A DNA stretch of 64,000 bases from Nitrospinaceae bacterium (GCA_965237905.1 OZ250172.1:1376001-1440000); one strand, 5' to 3'. Positions 1-8,702 are shown, counted from the first letter of the stretch. The notes: a model not told the origin generated them from the letters alone. A program made the numbers and translations.

Positions 1-752
1 GTCAATTCATCGCCGTCAAGCCCCCGGCCGAAAACAGTGGCCGTTCCGTACAAGGCCTCCATTCCCCCTTTGAAACTGTAATTGAAATTCTCATGGCCAT
101 TTTTCAAATACCTGGCTGAAATATCAAACGACGGCGGACCCAGCAAACCATACTCAAAATTCACAATAGGGGTATCTTCCGTGATTGTGTTGTAGGCCAG
201 CATTTTTTGGAGGCGTTCCCGCTCCCATTTTTTCTCAATGGGTAATTTCCCCTGCCCTTTGATGAAGAGAGCCTGAAGGTTTTGGGAATAAGTGAATTTT
301 GCCGGGAAAGCTTTTTCAAGTGCCTCCGACGTGGCAGTCGAGTTTGCGTCTTCCGAAGGCACAGCCTCGACCAGTAAGGCAATCTCATTCAATTTGAAAT
401 GAACCGACCCACCTTTTTCTTTCGCTTCAATGACTTCAGTCAATAATTGGGAATTGAGATAAACCGCAAGATACAGGGATTCCTCAGCATCTTTACTGGA
501 TAACGGCTGTTTCTCCCGGGGAGATGGGACCGATGGAGGTCTGGCCAAGTCATCCGGGTTGGAGTAAGCTTTACCGGCATTATCAAGGTCCTCAATGACC
601 ATAGTGGGATAACCCGACATCTCATGTCCGATTTCCGCATAGCTAATATCAAAAAAGCCATTCAAAAAAACTATAAGGCCTAAATGAATCACTACGGTGC
701 AGACTCGCCCTGAAAACGACCCGTTCCTATAATTTTTGCTACGATCTAACAA
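1..752 (-). CDS. Outer-membrane usher-like protein of a chaperone-usher pilus system, N-terminal part (runs off the window edge)
   Basis: Not in the ORF track. Hand translation gives an open frame from TTG 752 (or GTG 692) to base 1: signal-like VIHLGLIVFLNGFFDISYAE, then LYLAVYLNSQLL...LPIEKKWERERLQK...PPSFDISARY. Lies next to a pilus chaperone on the same strand. Confidence 0.6.
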   Translation of the reverse strand, partial: MLDRSKNYRNGSFSGRVCTVVIHLGLIVFLNGFFDISYAEIGHEMSGYPTMVIEDLDNAGKAYSNPDDLARPPSVPSPREKQPLSSKDAEESLYLAVYLNSQLLTEVIEAKEKGGSVHFKLNEIALLVEAVPSEDANSTATSEALEKAFPAKFTYSQNLQALFIKGQGKLPIEKKWERERLQKMLAYNTITEDTPIVNFEYGLLGPPSFDISARYLKNGHENFNYSFKGGMEALYGTATVFGRGLDGDEL

Positions 753-788
753 AGTAATGCCCCAGTTAAAAAAGTGTTTCTATAAGAA

Positions 789-805
789 TGCAAGACCTAG
801 ACCAA
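789..805 (-). promoter_or_regulatory. Candidate sigma-54 (-24/-12) promoter
   Basis: Minus strand TTGGTCTAGGTCTTGCA with GG-N10-GC spacing, about 37 nt upstream of the usher-like ORF. Confidence 0.4.
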
Positions 806-1215
806 AAAGGTGATATATGTTTCTAACGGGGTATTCCGAAAAAATAGGGGTAATCTATCCTTTTTATTTGGCATTCCGAAAAAAAATGGGGCTAAAAAGA
901 CTGTTTTTGCAACAGTGTGAATGTAAAGATTTCATTTTTGAAAACAAATGTCCCAATTCCGGTACAGTCCATTCCAAATTTTTAGAAAGAATGGCCGATG
1001 AAATTTTTTTAGCAGGATCTGTTCAAAAATTTTGGAGGAAACGGTAGACAGATTCTTTATAAAGAGGGGAAATTCAAGGAATATAATTTATTCGTATAAG
1101 GAACTGAGGGCGGGATCTGTATGGAAAAACAGAAGTCCTTTAACAAAATCTAAAACAACAAAACAGACAAATGTTGGCGTTGAAAATTGCCGGACGAACA
1201 GAGGAAGGAGGTATA

Positions 1216-1770
1216 TCAGGGATTGTGCTTGATGATGATGGGAATGGATACCCCATAGACAATATCCAGGTTGATCTTGATTTTATCCGTAGGCCCTTCT
1301 GCTTTACGAGCCGGAGGAATGGCTTGAATCAATAGACGCGCCGTGTATTCGCCGGGAGCCAAATCGATGGGTTTGCGGGCAACGATTCTGACGGTCTGGT
1401 GTTCTCCCGGCCCTAACCTGACTCTTCTGGGACTGAACCGCACCCAGGCTTTTGCATTTTCGCCCTTATCTTTTTCAAGTAAAGGCGCAAGTGAAATACG
1501 ATAATCAACAGGTATAGGATCCCTGTTCAGTATTTTAATCGTCCCCGAACGTATGCGGCCTTCAAATTCCAGTCTGACCGGAGCCACCAAAAGCCCTTTG
1601 CCTATGGCCTTTGTGTCACCCACTGCGGTCTGCCGGTCACCCAAAGCAGAAGATAAAAATGGCGACACCAGAAATCCCGGCTGAATCACAAGCAAAAAAA
1701 ACATCAGCGTTATGGCGGATTTGAGGGAACAACTCTTGCTGAATAAGTATTTTCTAAAAGAGGGCTTCAT
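1216..1770 (-). CDS. Fimbrial/pilus assembly chaperone (PapD-like N-domain)
   Basis: Signal peptide; LLVAPVRLEF...ILNRD...WVRFSPRRVRLGPGEHQTVRIVARKP...GEY...GVSIPIII pattern of periplasmic pilus chaperones. Confidence 0.75.
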   Translation of the reverse strand: MKPSFRKYLFSKSCSLKSAITLMFFLLVIQPGFLVSPFLSSALGDRQTAVGDTKAIGKGLLVAPVRLEFEGRIRSGTIKILNRDPIPVDYRISLAPLLEKDKGENAKAWVRFSPRRVRLGPGEHQTVRIVARKPIDLAPGEYTARLLIQAIPPARKAEGPTDKIKINLDIVYGVSIPIIIKHNP

Positions 1771-1999
1771 AGCGTGAATGATTAAAAATTTATGGAAAAA
1801 ACAGTTTGAAATCTAAACCAGCTACCTTCAACTGTAAGTCAACAAATAATAGAAAGCAACCGATTGTTACGCTTCCTCTCGAAAACGGAGCATGCTTTCG
1901 GTTTTCCTGCTTATTTTCACGCAAGGGACATGCCGATCGATCCGGCATACAATTCATATCGGATTCGGCGGCTATCTATTTTTAAAAATCCGGAATGTT

Positions 2000-4900
2000 T
2001 TAGCGACGGAGGGTGTACTCGCGGTTGGCAGGAATGGGATGCTCGATAAGCGTCTTGGTGCCGTCGGACCAACGAACCTCCACCTTTTGGATTTTAGTGT
2101 TCGCGCCCAACCCAAAATGCGCCAACGGCGCATCGAACGAACGGTACCCGCCACTGGCTTTGATCTCCCGCACCTGGTGCCGCTTACCCTCCGGCCCGTA
2201 ATGGATAATCACGCGGCACCCGATGCAGAACCGGTTGCCTCCGCCATCCTGCAATTTGAAAACCACACTGCTGTTGCGGGTCTCGTTGTTGCGATACACC
2301 TTGAACGGACCGTACTGGGTATTGGCAATGATATCCAGATCGCCGTCGTTGTCGATATCAATATACGTGTAAGCGGAGCTGTGATCCAAATCCTCCAGAC
2401 CAAATTCCTTCTCCGCCGCCTGAAACGTCCTCCCCTGCTGATTATGGAAGAAATTGTTGGTGGCGAACTCCTGGGTGATCAATACGCCGTTGACCACATA
2501 CAAGTCCTGCCACTCGTCGTTGTCCAGATCGGCAAAGCGCGCATTCCAACTCCATTCCGCCGTCTCCACATGGGCGTCCTTGGACACATCCTGAAAACGA
2601 GTGTCCGGCATGCCCTGCAATAGTATATTCGACATCGACCGCAAAGGAATCTCGTCGCGGGTGTCCGGATGCACCGCCTCCGGAATAAAATATTGTTCGC
2701 ACAATTTCTTCGGCATCACGTGACTCGGAGCAATCTTCTCGCACAAACCGGGGTCCTCGCGGTGGGCGGCGAACAGAGCCAGCCGTGTCACCATGCAAGA
2801 ACCAATCGATTGCGGATCCGTTAAAGAACTGCATCGCTCGGCTGGATCCTGCTTTTGGGGATTCAATAGAGTCACCACCTTCACTAGGTCGCGGCACTCG
2901 GCTTGCTTCAACACCATGCCTTCGGCACTGCAGAAATTCTGTCCCGCCTCCTGCATGACACTTCCAAAAATATTGAAAATCACATCGATGCCTTTGCTCA
3001 TCCCGATGTTGGCCAGATACAAATCCAGTTGCAGATCGTTATTAAAATCGGCCGTATCCATACTCATCGTATTTTCTGTGGTGATCGGAACAATGCTGTC
3101 TTGCTTCCTGATTTTCTGAAAGGCATCCTTGCCCCTGCCGAAATAGTAGCTGTCTGCAACCTGATAATCGTTGCCGATCATCAAATCCAGACTGCCGTCA
3201 TCGTTGAAATCGGAAAACAACACGGTATGGGTCTGTCCCGGCACGCCTTCCAGATCGCTGAGGGTAAATTTCAAATCACGGTTGATCACCAGTTGGTCGA
3301 CCGACGTATCAATCGGTTTCCGCGTCAGCACTCCCAGAAAATAATTACCGTTGACGATATCCAGAAATCCGTCGCGGTTGACATCCCCAAACGCCGGGGC
3401 GGTGGTGACCAGGGCTTTATGATTGGGTATTTTCAAAACAGGGCGCTTGCCTTTTGGACCCAACGGATTCAGCCATAAAAAGTTTCCCGCGTCGAATGCC
3501 GTCAGAAAAATATCGAGCCAACCATCGTTATCCATATCCACAAAAGCCACACTGATACCCTGCTTGCCGGAAAATTCTTTCGGAATCCCACCTAGCCGTT
3601 TAAAATTTTTTCCGTTGACGTTCTGGTACAGTTCGAACCCGTTTTCGGTGGCCACCACCACATCCACCCAACCGTCTTGATTGAAATCTCCCGAAGCGAT
3701 ACCGCGTCCGAAGAAAAGAGGATCGTAAAAAATTTCCGGAGTCAGCCGGTTGGAATAAGTGATCCCCCAGTCGGGACCCAGCTTTTTGGAAAAAGGCGCA
3801 CCGCCGCGGTTTCTCTTTTGAAAAGACGTGACACGAACCTCGACATCATCGATCTTCAAAAAGGGTTTGGAAACACGGGCGCGCGTCGGGTCAATGGCCA
3901 TAGGTGCGTCCGCATCCGGCGGGGAAACCTGGCTACTGGAGGTTGCCTCCGGCTCATCGGCGATAAACGCGTCGTATTGTTCCAGCCATCGGATGTGCTT
4001 GTGGTCAGAATACGCCTGCGCCGAATAGCCCAAACCGATACCGAGCACCACGATAATGGCATACAACTGCAGAGCCACTTTCAGCGAAAACGTGCGGTAC
4101 ACAATCAACGCACTGTAGATACTGAATGTTCCCAGCGTGAACAACAATGTCATCACCAACCCGTCCGCCAGGCGCGACATCATCAACGCCTGCGTCAGTA
4201 TTAGATCGAATGCAATGGGAAGCGGCAGAAACGTTCCTATGAATGAGATGACCGCATACCCTTTCCAATTGGGCTCCATGCCGATGAACTTGTCAAAACT
4301 CCACAGATGTACCACCAGTGCGCCCAGGAACCCGGCTAACAGCATCAGTGGAAAGGTGCGGATAAAAATGTACGAAAAACTTTTCCAGTAATCCCGCACC
4401 GCACTTTTAAAAGCGTTACCCCAGGAACCCGCATCGAGTACCACCTCGCTCATTGCTTTCGCTCCCGCCGTGGCGGCCTGCTTCGCCCGGTTCAGATCTT
4501 TCTTGGAGATGAACGGAACGATCAATAATACCAGCACAAACGTCGCGCCCAGTTTCAGCATCGCCATGTGAAACGGAAAAATAGAAAACAGCATGGTGAG
4601 CACGACAATATTCAACGTCGGCGAACTGAACATCACCGCCAGCGCGGTTTCCATCTTGCTCCCCGCCTCATAGAGACCCTTGGCGATGGGGGCGACGCAG
4701 TTGACGCATACGCCCAGCGGCGTGCCGACCAACATGCCCATCAAACTGTTTTTGAAACGTCGATCCGAGGTTTGCTTAGGGAGATACGACAGCAGGGTCA
4801 AAAATGCGCCCGCGAGAATCAGGCCGAACACCATCCCCCGCCAGTTGGTCTCGTACCAGTTGAGTGTCGTATAGAAAACGCGGGTATGAAGGGGGGCCTT

Positions 4901-5068
4901 ATCCGGCGCGTGGAAATGCGCCTGGTGGGTCATCGGATCGTCAAACGCACCGGCACCCGACATCGCCGCCTTCTCGCCCAACGCCGGGTAACGCGACACG
5001 AACCAGAAGCACGTCACCACAGCCACGATAAACGCCACCAGAATAACAACCCGCTTGTTTTTAAACAT
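2000..5068 (-). CDS. DUF318/ArsP-like permease fused to an FG-GAP repeat propeller and ASPIC/UnbV domain (CRTAC1-like)
   Basis: N-terminal ~350 aa multi-TM with GTPLGVCVNCVAPIAKGL and FSSPTLN; seven DxN/DxDG-type repeats; C-terminal NRFCIGCRV...HFGLG...VEVRWSDG; GGAGG RBS. Confidence 0.8.
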   Translation of the reverse strand: MFKNKRVVILVAFIVAVVTCFWFVSRYPALGEKAAMSGAGAFDDPMTHQAHFHAPDKAPLHTRVFYTTLNWYETNWRGMVFGLILAGAFLTLLSYLPKQTSDRRFKNSLMGMLVGTPLGVCVNCVAPIAKGLYEAGSKMETALAVMFSSPTLNIVVLTMLFSIFPFHMAMLKLGATFVLVLLIVPFISKKDLNRAKQAATAGAKAMSEVVLDAGSWGNAFKSAVRDYWKSFSYIFIRTFPLMLLAGFLGALVVHLWSFDKFIGMEPNWKGYAVISFIGTFLPLPIAFDLILTQALMMSRLADGLVMTLLFTLGTFSIYSALIVYRTFSLKVALQLYAIIVVLGIGLGYSAQAYSDHKHIRWLEQYDAFIADEPEATSSSQVSPPDADAPMAIDPTRARVSKPFLKIDDVEVRVTSFQKRNRGGAPFSKKLGPDWGITYSNRLTPEIFYDPLFFGRGIASGDFNQDGWVDVVVATENGFELYQNVNGKNFKRLGGIPKEFSGKQGISVAFVDMDNDGWLDIFLTAFDAGNFLWLNPLGPKGKRPVLKIPNHKALVTTAPAFGDVNRDGFLDIVNGNYFLGVLTRKPIDTSVDQLVINRDLKFTLSDLEGVPGQTHTVLFSDFNDDGSLDLMIGNDYQVADSYYFGRGKDAFQKIRKQDSIVPITTENTMSMDTADFNNDLQLDLYLANIGMSKGIDVIFNIFGSVMQEAGQNFCSAEGMVLKQAECRDLVKVVTLLNPQKQDPAERCSSLTDPQSIGSCMVTRLALFAAHREDPGLCEKIAPSHVMPKKLCEQYFIPEAVHPDTRDEIPLRSMSNILLQGMPDTRFQDVSKDAHVETAEWSWNARFADLDNDEWQDLYVVNGVLITQEFATNNFFHNQQGRTFQAAEKEFGLEDLDHSSAYTYIDIDNDGDLDIIANTQYGPFKVYRNNETRNSSVVFKLQDGGGNRFCIGCRVIIHYGPEGKRHQVREIKASGGYRSFDAPLAHFGLGANTKIQKVEVRWSDGTKTLIEHPIPANREYTLRR

Positions 5069-5148
5069 TCAAACGCCTCCACTACCGGTCATGAGTCGCA
5101 CAGTTCAGGAAAGAGGCGATTGTACCAAACCAGAGGTCAATTCAAAAG

Positions 5149-5853
5149 CTTCCCATACTAAAGCGTTATGATATATCCGAACGCGAACAGATGAAACACT
5201 CGGCTAATATCAACTTTACGCCGACTGACCGGACGAGTTACGGGATCTATTATAATTTTGTCTACGACGATTACGACACGTCTCAACTGGGATTGCAGAA
5301 CAGCCAGCGGCATGACGTCACCTTCGACTGGACCTATACGCCTTCGGATGCCACAACCCTTAATGTCTATTACACCTATGAAAATATCGTCACGGAACAA
5401 CTCAACCGGGACAGCTTAGGAACATTATCAACCGATCCCGCTCGTAACTGGATCGCCAATCATGACAACGACGCACATACGGTCGGTGCCGGGGTCTCTC
5501 ATCAGTATGCTGAAGGCCAGGTGAAGCTGAGCGCGGACTACTGGTTTTCCGACAGTGCGGAAGAGATTACCTTTACGACAGGAGGGTTCGTCATCCCTGA
5601 AGACATGCCCAAGCTGAAAACCCGCAACCACAACGCGCGCTTGACGGGGCGGTACCGATGGAGCCCCAACGTGGATGTCAGCCTGAGCTACCTGTATCAG
5701 AGATTTGAGATCGACGATTTTGCTACCGACGGCTTCAGCCCCGGCTCCGCACTTATTCCCGAAGTGCTGACCCTGTTCGGCACCCTGCCGAACTTCGACG
5801 CCCACACCGTGATGGCCTACTTCACCTACCGAATCGGGACCACTAAAAAGTAA
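5149..5853 (+). pseudogene. mtrB: C-terminal fragment of an MtrB/PioB-family decaheme-associated outer-membrane porin
   Basis: DDYDTSQLGL, NVYYTYE, HTVGAG, SADYWFSDS, YLYQRFEIDDFA, LTLFG..NFDAHTV..YRI resemble the MtrB/PioB C-terminus. Similarity extends upstream of ATG 5191 (LPILKRYDISER). No signal peptide; about one third of normal length. Confidence 0.7.
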
Positions 5854-5856
5854 GGT

Positions 5857-6198
5857 TTATTTATGATGACACTGCTTGCAGTTCGTACTGGCGGAGAAGG
5901 CCTGTTTGCCGTTGTGACAGGACCCGCAATATTTTCCCTTGCGGAGGGCTTTCATGGTCAGGGCGTTATTCACGTCGGTACTGCCCGCTTTTTTCTGGAA
6001 CAGGGAATCATGGCAGTCGCTACAACCCACTCCCGCGCTTTTATGGGTATCATGATTGAACGGCACGGGAGCGAAGCTTTTGGTATCCTTGAACACGATT
6101 TTCCCGGGCCCGTCATCCGCCTGAATCGGCGTCCCATTCCACAACAAGCCGACGGCCACGAGGACCGTCAAACTGAAAACCCACATTTCAATTTTCAT
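5857..6198 (-). CDS. Periplasmic triheme c(7)-type cytochrome
   Basis: Signal peptide; FNHDTH plus three CxxCH motifs (CSDCH, CGSCH, CKQCH); TM..L..GKYCGSCHNGKQAF pattern. Confidence 0.85.
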   Translation of the reverse strand: MKIEMWVFSLTVLVAVGLLWNGTPIQADDGPGKIVFKDTKSFAPVPFNHDTHKSAGVGCSDCHDSLFQKKAGSTDVNNALTMKALRKGKYCGSCHNGKQAFSASTNCKQCHHK

Positions 6199-6375
6199 AG
6201 AACCCCCTTCTCGAACAATGACATCTCCTGAAATCTATGCCATTATATCCCGCTCACTGTTTCAATACGAAGAATAACTGAAGGTCGTTTTCAGGTCTTA
6301 TAATATAGAGGAGTATTATTCTATTTAATTCCATTAAATGCTTTCCTGGGAGAATGGCGTATATCCGTCATTGTT

Positions 6376-6384
6376 TGATATAAT
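6376..6384 (+). promoter_or_regulatory. Extended -10 promoter element
   Basis: TGATATAAT about 70 nt upstream of ORF 6453. Confidence 0.45.
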
Positions 6385-6452
6385 CTTCAAGTACCCGAAT
6401 AGGAGGCCTGTCCATTCTACAACCAACCTTTACTGAGGCGGAACTGCATTCC

Positions 6453-6674
6453 ATGAGAAAAGACAGTTACCACATTGAAATGGATAACCTCTCACGCTTT
6501 CCCATTGAACGGTCCGGTGACTGCGAAAATTGGGAAAACGTGTCGCACGAAGAGCTGGACGCTCTTCTGGACAAGATTGACGAAGCAAAGGCGAAGAATT
6601 TTCTCGCCGTTGTACGAGGCGGAAGTTTTTCCAGGCTCGAAGATTACTATTATCGCATCCGTCCCCGATCCTGA
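6453..6674 (+). CDS. Small hypothetical protein (73 aa)
   Basis: Protein-like composition, upstream extended -10, ends 13 nt before trmL. Confidence 0.55.
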   Translation: MRKDSYHIEMDNLSRFPIERSGDCENWENVSHEELDALLDKIDEAKAKNFLAVVRGGSFSRLEDYYYRIRPRS

Positions 6675-6687
6675 CCCGGCCCGCCCT

Positions 6688-7152
6688 ATGCCCCACAAAC
6701 TCCAAGTCGTTTTGATCGAACCGGAAATCCCCAACAATACCGGGTCCATTGGCCGCTTATGCCTTGCCACCCAAACCACCCTGCACCTGGTAGACCCCCT
6801 GGGTTTTGAAATCAACGACACCCAATTGAAACGCGCCGGGCTGGATTACTGGCAGTATCTGGATGTAGTCCGGCACCCGAGCCTCGACGCTTTTTTCGCA
6901 TCCCTTCCCAAAGAGGCTCCTCTGGTTTTCTTTTCCAAAAAGGCAAAACCTCTGTACAGCGAACACCACTATCAACCGGGAAGTTATTTGATTTTCGGAA
7001 AGGAGACCAAGGGTCTTTCTGAAGAACTGATTAACCAATATTCCGGCCAGGCGTTTCGCATTCCTTTATACGACTCGCGGGTGCGATCACTCAATCTGTC
7101 CAATGCGGTTTCCGTCGTTGTCTATGAGGCGATTCGACAACTGGGCTCCTAA
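6688..7152 (+). CDS. trmL: tRNA (cytidine/uridine-34 2'-O)-methyltransferase, SPOUT family
   Basis: PEIPNNTGSIGRLC, KRAGLDYW, FGKETKGL, RSLNLSN motifs; start moved to ATG 6688. Confidence 0.93.
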   Translation: MPHKLQVVLIEPEIPNNTGSIGRLCLATQTTLHLVDPLGFEINDTQLKRAGLDYWQYLDVVRHPSLDAFFASLPKEAPLVFFSKKAKPLYSEHHYQPGSYLIFGKETKGLSEELINQYSGQAFRIPLYDSRVRSLNLSNAVSVVVYEAIRQLGS

Positions 7153-7364
7153 AAAACTCCTACCCCCAAACTACCCCACATTTATTTCCTTGAAAGTTGA
7201 GTCCGCAAAACCGAATTAAAAATTCTTAATTCGGGATTAACGAGGGCTTAATCTCTCCCCCCTATATTAGTAACAAATAGCATTGAGCTATTAAGTCACT
7301 GAAAAAGACCTAAAGCGAATTGAACTGGAAAGAATAAACCCGTTGCTACAGAGAGGAGTCCGTT

Positions 7365-7853
7365 ATGATCTCCCTAAAAGTAAATAAAAATAGAGGGTTC
7401 GAAATAAAAGCAATGACTTTATTTATGGTACTGGCGCTGGCAGGTTTTAGTTTCTCCAATCCGGCCTGGGCCGGTGGTGGAGACAAAGGTCCTTGTCCGC
7501 AACCCAGAAAAACCAAATCCGCGCCGGCCAATTTGGTCAAAGCCAGTATTCCGGCCAGTGCGAGTGTGGAAGCGGGCAAGGAAATTTTTGAGAAAAGCGC
7601 GAAGCCTATGGCCTGCAAAATGTGTCATGGCAGTGAAGGCAAGGGTAACGGACAGTTGGGCAAAATCATGAATCCGCGGCCCCGGAACTTTACCTGTTCC
7701 AAAACCATGAAACACGTTTCTCCCGGCCAGATGTTCTGGATCGTCAAAAACGGATCCAAGGGAACCGGAATGGTGGCGCATGGGAAAAAGCTGAACGACA
7801 AGCAAATCTGGGATGTTGTGAAATATATCAATACCCAGTTTGTTAAACGGTAA
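7365..7853 (+). CDS. Periplasmic monoheme class I cytochrome c
   Basis: AGGAG RBS; signal peptide ending AWA; CKMCH; PRPRNFT; GTGM (candidate axial Met). Confidence 0.85.
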   Translation: MISLKVNKNRGFEIKAMTLFMVLALAGFSFSNPAWAGGGDKGPCPQPRKTKSAPANLVKASIPASASVEAGKEIFEKSAKPMACKMCHGSEGKGNGQLGKIMNPRPRNFTCSKTMKHVSPGQMFWIVKNGSKGTGMVAHGKKLNDKQIWDVVKYINTQFVKR

Positions 7854-7892
7854 ATGAGAACTGTTTCTCTCTTTTTAGAGGAGGTATGAGCC

Positions 7893-8702
7893 ATGAAAGC
7901 AACACTCAAAGTAGCAGGACTCATGATCTGCCTGACCCTGTGGGTCGCACAAGAGGGTTTGGCAAAAACGAAAACGTATCAGGCGGGGACCGTAACCAAC
8001 GGCGGTAGCCTTTCCGGTTCTGTTTTGTTCAAAGGCAAGGTTCCCGCACCGATTCAAGAGGATTTGAATAAGGGTAAAAATGCGGAATTCTGCGCTACAC
8101 ATCCAGACACAAAAGAGGGAAACATTCGCCCTCGCCATAAAGTGGTCGTTACGGACGGCAAATTGAAAGACACTGTCGTGTTTATTGAGAACATTGAGCA
8201 AGGGAAAGATTGGTCTTCTCAGGCCACCAAGTTCGATTTTAAGAACTGCGACATTTTTCCCAAGGTCACGGTCGTACGGAAAGCCCCCAAGAAAATGAAG
8301 ACCGGTCTGGTTCAAATCACCAACCACGATCCGGATATTCTTCATAATCCACACGGATATTCCAAGGTTGGGGCCAGCGCCAAAACCTTGTTCAACAAAC
8401 CGCTTCCCAACAAAGGCGACGTGGCCGACGTCACCAAAAATATGAAGCGGTTTAAAATGAAAAAAGACAAGCACTTCTTCCTGCAGTGCGATCAGCATAA
8501 TTTTATGGAAGCGGATGCGCGTATCATTTGGAACCCTTACTATGCCATCACGGCGAAAGAGGGATCATTTCAAATCGATCAAATTCCTGCCGGGACCTAC
8601 CGGATCACGGCATGGCATCCTTATGTCGGTGAAGTCTCTCAGGAAGTGACCATTGAGGCTGGCCAGAAAGCGCAGTTGGAATTTCAACTGACCGGCAAAT
8701 AA
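7893..8702 (+). CDS. Secreted protein with carboxypeptidase-regulatory-like domains and a cupredoxin-like H...CxxHxxM motif
   Basis: GGAGG RBS; signal peptide; ILHNPH...CDQHNFMEA; NPYYAIT..GSFQI..IPAGTYRITAWHP. Confidence 0.7.
   Translation: MKATLKVAGLMICLTLWVAQEGLAKTKTYQAGTVTNGGSLSGSVLFKGKVPAPIQEDLNKGKNAEFCATHPDTKEGNIRPRHKVVVTDGKLKDTVVFIENIEQGKDWSSQATKFDFKNCDIFPKVTVVRKAPKKMKTGLVQITNHDPDILHNPHGYSKVGASAKTLFNKPLPNKGDVADVTKNMKRFKMKKDKHFFLQCDQHNFMEADARIIWNPYYAITAKEGSFQIDQIPAGTYRITAWHPYVGEVSQEVTIEAGQKAQLEFQLTGK

Noticed and set aside
1173..1190. TTGGCG...TTGC sigma-54-like motif on the + strand
   Set aside because: GG-to-GC spacing is 11 rather than 10, and it points into the 3' end of an antisense gene.
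817..1232. Short + strand ORFs in the AT-rich chaperone-usher spacer
   Set aside because: Low-complexity composition, no recognisable motifs; better explained as regulatory DNA.
6475..6687. N-terminal extension of TrmL (likewise the ORF-track extensions of HemH, L6 and QueG)
   Set aside because: They overlap other genes or promoter regions and lack similarity; downstream ATGs match the family starts.
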